DNA of 64,000 nucleotides from the human T2T-CHM13v2.0 reference genome, Homo sapiens, in NCBI RefSeq assembly GCF_009914755.1, contig NC_060934.1, one strand, 5' to 3'. Positions 23,975 to 49,615 of the stretch are shown here, piece after piece. A model generated the notes under the pieces. The model had not been told where the DNA came from, did no database searches, and worked only from the letters and a program-made list of their open reading frames with translations. The number at the start of each line of letters is the position of its first letter. Position 1 is the first letter of the stretch. A program made the translations under genes and the position numbers.

Positions 23975-24340
23975 TCTTTTGAAACCTTTCGTTAGGAGTA
24001 TACAAATTTAAAATTGTTGTATTTTCTTGATAAATTAAGTCTTTATAAAATGTGCCACTTGATTCATGGTAATATTCATAGTTCTCTCTTACTTTGTGTG
24101 ATACTAATCTAGCCACTTCAGTTATCTTTCCATTCGTTTTTCCTATGTCTTTATTCATCCATTCAGGGTTAACCTCTTTGTTTTTGTAGTTAATGTCAGT
24201 TTCTTGTAGTCAGTATACTTTTGGATCTTGATTTTTTAATCCAATTTGGTGAATCTCTATCTTTTGAGTGTTTTGATAATTTATATTTAATATAATTATT
24301 GATATGGTTGAGTTTAAATCTATCATCATTTTGTTTCTAA

Positions 24341-24721
<381 letters not shown>

Positions 24722-25849
24722 TGAACTTCTGAATTCAGGTGATCCACCCACCTCAGCTTCCCAAAGTGCTGGGATCACAGGCGTGAGCCACCGTGCCTGG
24801 CCTACGATATACATTTTTAACTTACCACAGTCAGCCTTTAGCTAACATTATATTACTTCACATATACTGAAATAATCTTTCAACAGCATATTGCCATTTC
24901 TTCTCTGTCTCCTGTATAATTGTTATCATGTATTTCACTTCTGCATATATCATAACCCTCAAATATATTGGTTTTGAAAGACATCAAAAATAAAAATAAA
25001 GCCTGATATGTATTCAGATATTTGCCATATCTCATGCTACTTATTCCTTCGTTTATATCCAAGTTTCTATGTAGAATCATGTTGCTTTTATCCAAAGAAC
25101 TGTTTTTTTTTGTTTTTTTGAGACAGAATCTCACTTTGTCACCCAGGCTGGAGTGCAGTGGTGTGATCTCGGCTCACTGCAAGCTGCGCCTCCCAGGTTC
25201 ACGCCATTATCCTGCCTCAGCCTCCTGAGTAGCTGGGACTACAGGTGCCCGCCACCACGCTCAGCTAATTTTTTTGTATTTTCAGTAGAGGCGGGGTTTC
25301 ACTGTATTAGCAAGGATGGTCTCGATCTCCTGACCTCGTGATCTGCCCACCTCGGCCTCCCAAAGTTCTGAGATTACAGGCATAAGCCACCGCGCCTGGC
25401 CCAAAGAATTGTTTTAAACATTGTTTGTAGTGAAGATATGCTGGTGGTTAATTACTGCAGCTTTTGCTTACCTGAAAATTCCTTATTTGACCTTCAGTTT
25501 TGAAAGGCAGTTCTTATAATGCTCTCCATTATTTTCTGGCTTGTATTTTCTTTCCTTTAATTTTTTTTTTTTTTTTTTTTGAGACAGAATTTCACTCTTG
25601 TTGCCCAGACTGGAGTGTAATGGCATAATCTTGGCTCACCGCAACCTCCGTTTCTGGGTTCAAGCGATTCTCCTGCCTCAGCCTCCCGAGTAGCTGGGAT
25701 TTCAGGCATGCACCACCATACCTGGCTAATTTTTGCATTTTTAGTAGAGATAGGGTTTCTCCATGTTGGTCAGGCTGGTCTTGAACTCCCGACTTCAGCT
25801 GATCCACCCCCTCGGCCTCCCAACCAAAGTGCTGGGATTACAGGTGTGA

Positions 25850-26116
<267 letters not shown>

Positions 26117-26279
26117 TGAACTCCTGACCTCGTGATCTGCATGCCTCGGCCTCCCAAAGTGCTAGGATTACAGGCGTGAGCCACCGTGCCCGGCCCTTGT
26201 ATTGTTTTTAATGAGAATTCTGCTGCTGTCATTCTTATTTTTGTTCTTCACGCACCGTGAAAGTTTTCCCCCCTCTGGA

Positions 26280-27450
26280 GCCTAAAGTTAATATGAAAAA
26301 TTAGGCCTAAAATTTGCAAGGGTGGTAGAGTTACATACAAAACAGAATTCACTGCACCAGAAAGTCTACTTTGCTAAAGTCAAGACCCTGAGATGTCTTG
26401 ACTTACCTTAAATACATAAAATGTTTAGTTGTCAACTATAACTCAGCAAAGTTGGGGAAAAAGAAGATTTAAGGTGGTGCCTAGTAGATTATCTCATCTG
26501 GACAAAAGAGATCCTCAGACTTTTTATGAATATAAAATTTTGTCTCCTTGTGGCTTTAATCTTATCTTAATCTTTTATGAATATAAATTTGTGTCTCATC
26601 TGTGGCCTTAATCTGTATGGCCTGATTGAACGTATTTCCATATGTGTACTGGCCATTAATTTCTTTTCTGTGAAATGCCTTCATTTCTTATCATTTTAGA
26701 GAAGGGGATGTTCTTCCAGGCAATATGAGCATCACCTCTATTTAGGTAGATACACTTGAAAACACTGAAACACTAGTCTCCTCAACACTTCAGCCAACAG
26801 AAGCAGCCCATCCCTCTTGTTAGGAGAGAGCAGAATTCCACTGCCTGGAAACCATGCAAAGGTCTCACCTAAGGCAGACAGATTGCAAGATGATACTTGT
26901 TCTTCTCAAAATCTGCCTTTGTTTATTCTTACTGCATCTAGACAAATAACTAGGTTTGGTCTCAGGAAGGTCTAGGCCCAGAAGTACTATCTCTATAATA
27001 AGAGAAAATGTATTATCCTCCTCCCCACAAAACCTGCAGTACTCGGGTAATATGTACTAGTAGGAGCCAGGAGAGCAAGTATGGAAGTGTATATTGAAGG
27101 TATTGTTTGCATGGACAGGGGAATGGAGTACAAATCTGGATGGGGGAGAGTTTATTGATATGGGGATTCACATCAGTGTGAGTCTTCCATGACTCATGAT
27201 TTAACATCCTGGCAAGGATGCTTGTGGCCCATCCTAACATTCTTCTGCATTGGAGCCTTAAAACTTGGAGCTAACGATGGCCCAAATTAAATGAGGTAAA
27301 GTTGCCAATACCGCCCTGACAGAATAATAGAAAGAGTTCAGATGGTTTAGAAAACTGGTCATGCTAGAATGAATTCATCATGTAGAACCCAGAAACTTAC
27401 CAGCTCATTATGTTCCCTGGAAGAACATTCCCTTCTCTAAAATGATAAGA
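26280..27450 (+). mobile_element. Degraded ERVL-like internal fragment, interrupted by an inverted duplication
   Basis: gag-like remnants such as gagagtttattgatatgggg and gatttaacatcctggcaagg. The family call is tentative. Confidence 0.5.
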
Positions 27451-27679
27451 AACGAAGGCATTTCACAGAAAAGAAATTAATGGCCAGTACACATATGGAA
27501 ATATGTTCAATCAGGCCATATAGATTAAGGCCACAGATGAGATGCAACTTTATGTTCACAAAAGATTAAGACAAGATTAAGGCCACAATGAGACAAACTT
27601 TATATTCATAAAAAGTCTGAGGATCCCTTTTGTCCAGATGAGATAATTTACTAGGCACCATCTTAAATCTTCCTGAGGT

Positions 27680-33270
<5,591 letters not shown>

Positions 33271-34450
33271 CAATCTTCCTGAAATCTTAACAAAGGTTGT
33301 TAAAGCCGCACTTTGATTTTATCTTTACCCTCAGGGCATTATTTCTTTCCTGAAAACCTTTTGCAAGATGAAGGGCTATTTTCACTCTCCAGTCCTGGCT
33401 CCTCTATGTTTCCTCTAAATTGTGCTTTTTAGCACAATTTAGCTAATGCCTTGTTTTCTGTACCTTGTTATGCACAACTCGATAATTGATGTTTTCACCA
33501 TTCTGCCTTGAATGAAACCCCTTTCACCATATCTGAAATTTTTTAGGTGCTTTTTCCATCTTTCATGTTAGTGCAGGGGATACTATTGCCAATTGCTGAG
33601 CTGCTGCCTAACACAGGTCAGCATTTTTCCTGTTTCTGTCTAGCACTTTTCTCATTGCTTCATAGTTTCCATTGATCATTTGCTTGTCATTTCTTCCAGC
33701 TTGACTAGCAGTTTCTTTATGACATTTCCAGCCTTTGCCCACAGTCTCAAAGCCAATGCCACATATTTTGGGTTTTCATTATGACAGCATAACACTTCTG
33801 GTACCAACTTATGTATCAGCCATTCATTGCTCCTTAACAAACACCCCAAACTACTGTGGCCTCCACCAACAACTATTTTATTTAGCATACAATTCTGTAG
33901 ATCAGCTATTTTCTTTCTTTTTTTTTTTCTTTTTTTCTTTTTTTTTTTTTTTTTTAGGTAGAGTCTTGCTCTGTCACCCAGGCTGAAGAGCAGTGGTGTG
34001 GTCTTGGCTTACTGCAACCTCCACCTCCCGGGATGAAGTGAAGATCAGCAATTTTAGCTGAGTGGTCTCTTTGGTCTGGGCAAAGCTCGGCTGTTCTTAC
34101 TTGGGCTTACTCATATCTGGGTCTTAGCTGTGATGCCTGAGATGGCTTGGCTATCTGGGATATCTGGAGCCCTGGTTAACATCATTCCTCATCTTTCAGC
34201 AGGCTAGCCTAAGCTTATTGCTATGGTAGTGGAAGCATTACCAGCAGCACGAAAGTAATTCTCAATGCACAAACTTTCACATCTTTGTTTCCATCACATG
34301 TGCTATTATTGTCCCATTAGCCAAGGGAAGTCATGTAGCCCAAAGAAGTGAATACAGGGAGGGAAATTATAGTGGCTATGTCTAAATAATCTACCATAAA
34401 ACACATTATTTGCTTTGTATTGATACATAATCTGTAGGGTAATCCTTTGA

Positions 34451-34699
<249 letters not shown>

Positions 34700-35110
34700 T
34701 GAACTCCTGACCTCGTGATCTGCCCACCTCAGCCTCCCAAAGTGCTGAGATTACAGGCTTGAGCCACTGTGCCTGGCCTGTTTCTCAACTTTTTATCCAA
34801 TGATTTTAGCATCCATTAATAATCCTTGACTGGCCAGGCACAATGGCTCACACCTATAATCCCAGCATTTTGGGAGGCCAAGGCAGGTGGATTACTTGGG
34901 GTCAGGAATTCGAGACCAGCCTGTCCAACACAGCAAAACCTCATCTCCACTAAAAATACAAAAATTAGCTGGGCGTGGTTGCATGCACCTGTAATCCCAG
35001 CTACTCGGGAGGCGAGGCATGAGAAACATTTGACCCAAGAGCCAGAGGTTACAGTGAGCTGGGACCGTGCCACTGCACTCCAGCCCGGGTGACAAAGTGA
35101 AACTGTGTCT

Positions 35111-35150
<40 letters not shown>

Positions 35151-35177
35151 GTGACTATACTATCACATTGGGAGTTA

Positions 35178-35473
<296 letters not shown>

Positions 35474-36177
35474 TTATTTCTTTTCCTCTCTTTTCTACAT
35501 CTCTCTTTGTGATTATCACTATGTACTCAGGGATTTTTAAAGTTCAGTGGGTTATAATTGATAAACTTTCTTTTATTTTTCCCTTTTGTAGCTGTTACCC
35601 AAATTATCTCAAATTTTGCTAGTGAGATCTCCTTCAGACTGAATTCTATGTCCTTTTGACATGAGCTCATTAGCCTTTGAGCTCTTCCTTCTTTTTGGAA
35701 TAAGATGTTGATATTTCATGTTTAACTTGGACTTTCCATGCCTTGGGCTCTGGGATCAGCCAAAGGATTTCTAATTTCTCTAAGGATCCTTAATTCTTTT
35801 AAATGGACAATGGATTTTAGAAACCAAGAACTGTGCATCAGATATATTAAGGTTTCTGGAGTGTTGTTTTTAGACTTTTCCTGTGTGTGGAGCTAGAAAA
35901 TACACACACACCCACACACACACACACACACGCACAATCATGAATTTATACTGATATCTCCAATTTAAAGCTGACACATAGGATTCTTCTTCACTTTCTC
36001 CCTACTCCCACCTTTCCGCCCCACTCCCCCAGACACGATCTCACTCTGTCACCCAGGCTGGAGTGCAGTGGCACAATCACAGCTCACTGCAACCTTGACC
36101 TCCCAAGCTCAAGTGACCTCTCACCTCAGCCTCCCAAGTAGCTGGGACTACAGATGTGTGCCACCATGCCTGGCTAA

Positions 36178-36339
<162 letters not shown>

Positions 36340-36682
36340 TAAAGAAATTTAGTTTGTGATAAAGATAGTACTTCACATCAGTGAGGAAAATATGGTTCAT
36401 TCAACACACTATTTGGGATATTTGGCTATCAATTTAAACACAAACAATACTCAGTTAAACTAAACAAATTTCAAACTGGCTATAAGAGCTGGGAAAACAA
36501 GTACAAAAGTATTAAATATTAGAAAAAATATTGGGAAAAGGTTTATAATCCTAGGGATGGAAAGCCGTTCTTTAAAAAGACCCCCGAAGTCATAAAGGAA
36601 AGGCTGACTGATGAGGCAATGAGCAACCCTGCACAACATCCTTGTTTACAAGCGCAAGAGGTGGGACTGCTGGGTCACACTC

Positions 36683-37039
36683 TGATATGGTTTGGCTGTG
36701 TCCCCACCCAAATCTCATCTTGAATTCCCACGTGTTATGGGAGGAATCCAGTGGGAGGTAATTGAATCATGGGGACAAGTCTTTCCCACGCTGTTATCGT
36801 GATAGTGAATAGGTCTCATGAGATCTGATGGTTTTAAAACAAGGAGTTCCCCTGCACAAGCTCTCTCTCTTTGCCTGCTGCCATCCATCTAAAAGGAGAT
36901 TTGCTCCTCCTTGCCTTCCACCATGATTGTGAGGCTTCCCCAGCCACACGGAACTGTAAGTCTGATTAAACCTCTTTCTTTTGTAAATTGCCCAGTCTCG
37001 GGTATGTCTTTACCAGCAGCATGAGAACACATTAATACT
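36683..37039 (+). mobile_element. THE1 (MaLR) solo LTR
   Basis: tgatatggtttggctgtgtccccacccaaatctc start; perfect CACTC TSD. Confidence 0.9.
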
Positions 37040-37273
37040 CACTCCTTGTGAATTTCCAGTTTCGAGAGACAGTGTCACATCATATTCCAAATAGGAGAAC
37101 GGGCACAGTGGCTCATGCCTGTAATCCAAGTACTTCAGGAAGCCAAGGCAGGTGGGTCACCTGAGGTCAGGAGTTTGAGACCAGCCTGACCAACATGGAG
37201 AAACCCCGTTTCTACTAAAAATACAAAACATTAACTGGGCCTGGTGGCTCATGCCTGTAATCCCAGCTACTCA

Positions 37274-37870
<597 letters not shown>

Positions 37871-38274
37871 CAAAATGCTACAGAGCCAGGTCCACACACA
37901 AACACGCAGGAGGAGGAGTGGTGTGCAGCAGGATTAGTTAACTGTCCTCAGGGATCTTTGAGGTCTCACACCTGCTCCAGGGCTCCTCATGAGGCCTTGG
38001 CCTCTAGGAGTTTGATTATTATGTATTGAGTCTGCTCAGCATCCCTGGGAAGGCAAAGGCCTCAAGTCCATCATGGACACATCTAGGGGCTGAAAGGTCT
38101 CCTGATGGGCAACATGGTGGAAGGACTAGACATGCTGAACATGTTCCAGAGATAAAATCCTCCCGCTGATTCTGCCAGGTCAGCCCTGAGTTGAGGTGGT
38201 CTAATGGGGCCTTGGAAACACATGTCAACATGTGCCTCTGGCTCCGGATTCTAAGGGACATGGGGTGGTTCCCC

Positions 38275-40080
<1,806 letters not shown>

Positions 40081-40689
40081 GTCTAAAGGACATTTTATGG
40101 CCTCTCTGGAACCCTGGTTCTGTATGGCCAGCCTCGGTCAAGCTTCCACCTTTCCTGTCATCTCCTCACAGACACACTGAAGATGTTCTGCTAGTGGCTT
40201 TGGGATACACACAGTTCAGCAGATAAGGCACAGGAGAACATTTTAAGTTCTGTCTAAATGAGCTCTAGAGCTCTGCTGTCACTGAATTTAAAAGTCTTTT
40301 TTCCCAAGAGTAAAACAAATTCAAGAAGGAAAAATGCATGCAGCTGGAGCCTGAATGAGCAGTTTTGTCTCCCAAGACCGGAAAACACCTGTTCCCAGCA
40401 GACTTTCTATTGAATTTTATATGGCTTTCAAAAATAGCCCACTTCTTAGCTGACTGGCAAGATTTAGTTATGTTTGGTTGTCTTCCACAATTTTATCTAA
40501 GCTCTAGCAATCACACAACATTTTATTTATTTTTTTAGCAGGGAAATGGGTATACAAAATTACTGTCGTAGCTTTCCTAGATCAACTTGTAGTTTTGATA
40601 AATCCGGAAGCTTATGACAGCAAAGCACATGTTGTTAGAAAGCACTGGAATCAAGATAGACAACCAGAAGGGGCTTGAGACGACAGAGC

Positions 40690-40850
40690 CCTGCGACTCC
40701 GGGCAGGGGCTCTTGGGCCAGCAGTGTTAGTAGACTCTCAGAGTTTGCTAGAAATGCGGAACCTTCAGCTGCACCCCAGACCCACTGAATCAAAACCTGC
40801 ATTTTCACAAAATCTCCGGGAATACTCACTCAAGTTTGAGAAGCTCTGAG
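40690..40850. mobile_element. MER5A-like hAT element
   Basis: gtttgctagaaatgc...ccccagacccactgaatcaaaacctgcattt...caagtttgagaagc. Confidence 0.6.
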
Positions 40851-41712
40851 AGTGACCTTCAGAACTTCCTCAGTGGAATTGCCTGAACACTGATTAAAAA
40901 TGCATATTCCTGGGTCCTGCCCAACACCTGTGAAAATTACCCCATTATGATTCTTAGACAAACAAGTTTCAGAACTATCGCAGTAGGTGTCTCTTAGGAA
41001 GGAAAGCTACTCTGGTGGGGTGCAGTGGCTCATGCCTGTAACCCCAGTACTTTGGGAGGCCAAGAGGAGAGACCAAGACTTGCCTGGGTAATGTAGCGAG
41101 ACCACCATGTCTAGATATATATTAAAAAATTAGCTGGGCATAGTGGCACATGTCTGTAGTCCTAGTTATTAGGGAGAATTGCTTATGCCTGGGAGTTCGA
41201 GACTGCAATGAGCTATATGATTGAGCCACTGCACTCCAGCCTGGGTGACAAAGCAGTACCCGGTCTCAAAAAAAAAAAAAAAAAAAAGGCCGGACACAGT
41301 GGCTTACACCTGTAATCCCAGCACTTTGGGAGGCCAAGGCGGGCAGATCACCCAAGGTCAGGAGTTTGAGACCAGCCTGGCCAACATGGCCAAACCCTGT
41401 CTCTACTAAAAATAAAAAAAAATTAATAAAATTTTAAAAATTAGCTATGTATGGTGGTGCATGCCTGTAGTCCTAGCTACTCGGGAGGCTGAAGCAGGAG
41501 GATCGCTTGAATGTGGGAGATGAAGGCTGCAGTGAGCCTAGATTGCGCCATGATTGTGCCACTGCACTCCAGTCTGGGTGACAGAGCAAGACTCCAGAAA
41601 AATAAAAAAAGAAAGGAGGAAGGAAGGAAGGAAGGAAGGAAGGAAGGAAAGAAAAGAAAGACCCTTTGTGCTACTGGAATTTGAAGGGCCCTTTTCTCTC
41701 CACTCCTGGTTT

Positions 41713-42261
41713 TGTTACAGGAAAGGGGTCCTGATCCAGACCTCAAGAGAGGATTCTTGGATCTCGTGCAATAAAGAATTCAGGGTGAGTCCGTAAAGTG
41801 AAAGCAAATTTATTAAGAAAGTAAAGGAATAAAAGAATGGCTACTCCATAGACAGAGCAGCCCCGAGGGCAGCTGGTTGACCATTTTTATGGTTATTTCT
41901 TGATGATATGCTAAACAAGGGGTGGATTATTCATGCCTCCTCTTTTTAGACCATATAGTGTAACTTCCTGATGTTGCCATGGCATCTATAAACTGTCATG
42001 GCGCTGGTGGGAGTATAGCAGTGAGGTTGACCAGAGGTCACTCTCATCGCTATCTTCGCTTTGGTGGGTTTTGGCCGGCTTCTTTAGTGTAAACTGTTTT
42101 ATCAGCAAAGTCTTTATGACCTGTATCTTTTGCCGACCTCCTATCTCATCCTGTGACTTAGAATGCCTTAACCACCTGGGAATGCAGCCCAGTAGGTCTC
42201 AGCCTCATTTTATCCAGCCCCTACTCCAGATGGAGTTGCTCTGGTTCAAATACCTCTGACA
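41713..42261 (-). mobile_element. MER41A-like ERV1 solo LTR
   Basis: tgttacaggaaaggggtcctgatccagacc ... ctggttcaaatacctctgaca with a GTTT 4-bp TSD; lacks the tandem GAS segment of MER41B. Confidence 0.85.
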
Positions 42262-43244
42262 GTTTGAATGGATTTTCAGGACGTTTCTATCATTCTAATT
42301 TCATTCTCTCAATCTCCATTTCTCCCCATCCCACCACATGCCAATACAATGGGGTTGAGACAAGAAAGGAAGCCAGGGAAAGACAACCTTTGCGCGAAAT
42401 TTTCTGAAGGATACACTCTAAAAGGATGCAAAGCTCAGACTTCTCACTGGGCTTACCCTGGAGTAGCCTCCAGATGTGTCATCAGGACTGGGTGTGGCTG
42501 AAACCACTTTCCTCCTCCCAGGCGGTAGTGTTAATGACCTGGCAGCTTCTCCCTCATAGGCTTACCTTTGAAAAACCAGACCTGTGTGTGGTGAGACCCA
42601 GGGGCCTGGGAAGGTTCCTCCCCAGCTCACAGTCATGTCTGAGATTTCACCACCTGAGCTCCGCTTCTCCAAGGCTGGGAGCACCAGTCTGTGATCTGCA
42701 AGCTGTTCCAGCAAACACTGCAAAGAGCATTTGTTGATTTAGGTCTTTCTGCCCCAGGCATCTAGTTGAGAGGATAATCTTATTGGCAGGAGGTAAAGGC
42801 CAGGGGTCTGGGAAAAGAGAAGCGTGCAGTATTTGGGGCACAGGAGGGGGAAAGGACACCAATGAGAGGTGTCACCCACTTCTTGGGGTCTGAAGACCTC
42901 CACTGGCCAGCTGAGATGAAAGCACATATGGGGGGCTATCCTCCCTACCCCACTGCCCCAGTGACCCGTAGGGCCTGGATAAAGGTAACCAGAAGCTAAC
43001 TGCCAGAGCTGTGGAAGACAGTGTGAACCAGTGTCTGTCCTGCCCCTTTACCCTGCAGAGGAGGAGGCTGAGTTCCTGCAAGGCCTTGGCAACCTCCAGG
43101 ACTGCAGTGTGGCATGATGTGGGACCAGACTGTGGCTCTGGAGGGCAGTGCAGGGCTCTCTCCAATGCATCTCTCTGCCTTCAGGCACGAAACCAGAAAA
43201 CAGGGTTTGGAGGAACTGAGTCCCAGGCTTGCATGTGATAATAA

Positions 43245-43643
<399 letters not shown>

Positions 43644-43845
43644 TGATGATTCTGAGTTTCATTTCCCACATCAATAAAATGAGGATATGGGTACAGTTTT
43701 CTTTCTGAGAATTCAGTGAGCATATGAATGAGAATCCACAAGATCCCTCTGGGGATCTCTAATTAAACTGTAGATTCTGGATTAGTTCTTGGGGGTGTTG
43801 CTGAGAATCTGTATTTCTTTCTTTCTTTCTTTCTTTTTTTTTTGA

Positions 43846-44169
<324 letters not shown>

Positions 44170-44544
44170 TGAATTTTTTTTTAAAAATTGTAAGTTTTTA
44201 TTCTCAAAAAATTTTGTCCTTGCAAAGAAGCTAGGAAAAAAGTAGTGCAAAGAATTTCCACAGAGCCTTCACCCAATTTCCCTAAAAGTTAATACTTGAG
44301 ATATCATCACAGGTCAATGATCAAAACAAGGAAATTGGCAGTGTAGCAATGCTATTAACTAATTCAGACACTTTTCGAATTTCATCAATTTTCCCACTCT
44401 TGTCCTTTTTCCGGAAGAGGATCCGTGAAGGATCACACAGATTTAATAGTCCTGTCCCCTTGGACTCCTTTCATCTGGGTCAGATTATACACAAGAATTT
44501 CAGTGACAGGCAGCTATACCAACAATGATAAACCATTTGAATTT

Positions 44545-44572
44545 CTTTCTTTCTTCCTTCCTTCCTTCCTTC

Positions 44573-44652
<80 letters not shown>

Positions 44653-44670
44653 TTTCTTTTTCTTTCTTTC
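44545..44670. repeat. (TTTC)n/(TTCC)n microsatellite in an Alu tail
   Basis: Visible tetranucleotide array. Confidence 0.95.
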
Positions 44671-44914
44671 GAGACAGGGTCTTGCTCTGTTGCCCAGGCT
44701 GGAGTGCAGTCGTGTGATCATAGCTCACTGCAGCCTCCATCTCCTGGGCTCCAGTAATCCTCTCACCTTAGCCTCCCTAGTGGCTGGGACCACACATGTG
44801 TGGGGCTAATTTTTAATTTTTCGTAGAGATGGGGGTCTCTCTATGTTGCCGAGTCTCCCACTTCAATTTCTTACACTTGTTTGAATCCAAGTGGTTCTCA
44901 AAAACTGTTCATAA

Positions 44915-45118
<204 letters not shown>

Positions 45119-45308
45119 TGAGTAGCTGGGCCCACAGTTGCATGTCACCACACTTGGCTAATTTTTTATTTTTAGTAGAGACGGGGTTTCACCTTGTTGG
45201 CCAGGCTGGTCTCCTGACCTCAGGTGATCCGCCTGCCTCGGCCTCCCAAAGTGCTGGGATTACAGGTGTGAGCCACCGCGCCCAGGTTTTTTTTTTTTTT
45301 TCTTTTAG

Positions 45309-45800
<492 letters not shown>

Positions 45801-45944
45801 TAGCCCTGTTCCCAATCTCTATCCCTCTTGATAACACAAGTGGAGGCAAAATGGTACACTCTGTTTTTGCACTTTGTCACCTAACTGGGCCTTTCATTGT
45901 CCACGATTTCTGGGCAGCTATGCGGTTTCGCTCGTTCCCAAAGA

Positions 45945-45963
45945 TTGCCACTAGGCGGCACCA
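45945..45963 (+). promoter_or_regulatory. CTCF-like binding motif
   Basis: TTGCCACTAGGCGGCACCA versus the core CCASYAGRKGGCRS (one mismatch), in unique sequence with several retained CpGs. Confidence 0.6.
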
Positions 45964-46095
45964 GTGACTTCCCCCATCACTAATCAAGTGGCCAAATTAG
46001 CAGGCAATTACCAAATGTTTAGCGAGAATGTAGAATGTTTTATCGGCCAGTTTACCACCTATGGTCTCAGAGATCTGGCTCTTTTTGCTTTTGAT

Positions 46096-46193
46096 TACAT
46101 TAGAATGAATTTCAGAGCCACTAACTTTGGGCCATCTCTCTATCTACATTAGAATGAATTCCAGAGCCACTAACTTTGGCCCGTCTCTCTATC
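46096..46193. repeat. 49-bp tandem duplication
   Basis: tacattagaatgaattYcagagccactaactttggSccRtctctctatc x2, 3 mismatches. Confidence 0.9.
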
Positions 46194-46791
46194 ATTAATA
46201 TTTAAAGAGGTGTGTTTGCATGGAGATGTGGGATGTGTAGGCTTGGACCAGGCCCAGGGACTTCTGCTGGAGGGGGGTTTGGTCCAAGCTGTCCTGGGCA
46301 GAAAGGACAGCTATGAAAAATGCAGCAGACCTATAGAGGTCCAAACACAGAACTGTAGGCTTGACACTTCCCCCACCAGGTCTCTGTGATCCTTTTTACT
46401 TCCCTCTCCCCAAGCCTCTTGCTCCAAAAGAAGACAGTGAACAGTCCCAGTGTGGCGGTTCACACCTGTAATCCTAGCACTTGGGGAGGCCAGGGCAGGA
46501 GGATCGCCTGAGCCCAACAGTTCGAGACCAGTCCTGGCAACAAAAAATAAAAAAAATAAAAATCAGCCAGTCGTAATGGTGTGCACTTGTAGTCCCACCT
46601 ATGCGGGAGGCTAGGGTGGGAGGATCACTCGAGCCTGGGAGTTCAAGGCTGCAGTGAGCTGTGGTTGTGTCGTGCCACTGCACTGCACTCCTGACTGGGT
46701 GACAGAGTGAGACCCATTCTTTCTCTCAAAAAAAAAAAAAAAAAAAAAAAGACAGTGAACAGAAATAATACTCTTTTTTTTCTTTTTTTGA

Positions 46792-47070
<279 letters not shown>

Positions 47071-48163
47071 TAGCCAGAAATTTTTAATTGTGGTAAAATA
47101 TATATGGCATAAAAGTTACATCTTTTTATATATATATATATTTATATATTTATTTATTTAGAGACACGATCTCGCTCTGTCACCAAGGCTGGAATACAGT
47201 GGTACCTTGAACTCTGGGACTCAAGTGATCCTCCTGCCCCAGCCTCCCGAGTAGCTGGGACTACAAGGCACACTACACCCAGCTAATTTTTTTATTTTTT
47301 GTACAGACAGGGTCTTGCTTTCTTGCAAGAGTCTGGTCTCAAACTCTTAGCTTCAAGCAATCCTCCTGCCTCAGCCTCCCAAAGCACTCAATTACAGGCC
47401 CCAGCCACCGCATCCAGCCTTTCTTTATTTTTAACTGTGCAGTTCAGTAGTCCTAAGTATCTTCACATTGTTGTGCGACCAATGTCCGGAGTTCTTTTCA
47501 TCTTGTAAAACTCCAGGCTGGAGTGCAGTGACTCGGCTCACCGCGCAACCTCTGCCTCCTGGGTTCAAGCAATTCTCCCACCTCAGTCTCCCAAGTATCT
47601 GGGAATACAAGCGCCCGCTACCGTGCCTGGCTAATTTTTTGTATTATTAGTAGAGACGGGGTTCCACCATATTGGTCAGGCTGGTCTCGAACTCCCAACC
47701 TCAGGTGATCTGCCCACTTTGGTCTCCCAAAGTGCTGGGATTACAGGTGTGAGCCACCGCGCCTGGCCTCCTCTTGTAAAACTGAATCACTATACCTATT
47801 AAATAACAATTTCCTATTTCCTCCTCCCTTGGTCCCTGGCGACCATCTTTCTGCTTTTTATTTGTATGAGTTTGAGTACTTTAGATACCTCAATATGTGG
47901 AATCATACCACATTTGTCTTTTTGTGACTTTTATTTCACTTAGCATAATGTCCTCAAGGTTCATCCATGTTGTAGCATGTGACAGGATTTCCCTGTTTTT
48001 TTGTTTTTTGTTTTCTGTTTTTTTTTTTTTTTTTTTTTTGAGACGAAGTCTCGAACTTTCACCCAGGCTGGAGTGTAGTGGGGCGATCTCGGCTCACTGC
48101 AAGCTCCGCTTTAAAAGCTGAATAATATTCCATTGTATGTATACACCACATTTTCCTTGTTGA

Positions 48164-48526
<363 letters not shown>

Positions 48527-49326
48527 TAAACTCCTGACCTTGTGATCTGCCCGCCTTGGCCTCCCAAAATGCTGGGATTACAGGTGTGAGCCACGGTGCC
48601 CAGCCAGAAGCTTTTATTTTTATTTTTTGAGACAGGGTGCCCTCTGTTTCCTGGGCTGGAGTGCAGTGTTACGATTACCGCTGAATGCAGTCTCAACCTT
48701 CTGGGCTCAAGCAATCCTCCTCCCTCAGCCTCCTGGGTAGCTAGGATTACAGGAATATGCCATTATGCCCATTTTTTTTTTTTTTTTTTTGGTAGAGATG
48801 GTGTCTTAGTATGTTGCCCAGGCTGGTCTTGAAATCATGGCCTCAAGCAATCCTCCCACCTTGCCCTCTCAAAGTGTTGGGATTACAGGCATGAACCTCC
48901 GAGCTGGGTCAGAAGTTTTACATTTTGATGTAATCTAATTTGTGCATTTTTTCTTTTGTTGCTTATGCCTTTGGTATCGTATCAGATAAATCTGAACAAA
49001 TCCAAGAAGCTTTTTCTTTCTGTTTTCTCCTAAAAGTTCTAGAGTTTTCAGTCTTACATTTTATTAATTTATTTAATTATTATAATTTTATTTTATTTTG
49101 AGAGATGGAGTCTTGCTCTGTTGCCCAGGCTGGAGTGCAGTGGCGCGATCTTGGCTCACCACAACCTACCTCTGCCTCCCGGGTTCAAGCGATTCTCCTG
49201 CCTCAGCCTCCCAAGTAGCTGGGATTACAGGCATGCGCCACCGCTCCTAGCTAATTTTGTACTTTTAGTAGAGATGAGGTTTCTCCATGTTTGTCAGGGT
49301 GGTCTCGAACTCCTGACCTCAGGTAA

Positions 49327-49615
<289 letters not shown>

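Noticed and set aside
41713-42261. MER41 as an interferon-inducible STAT1 enhancer
   Set aside because: This copy reads attattcatgcctcc directly and lacks the tandem TTCNNNGAA segment described for MER41B.
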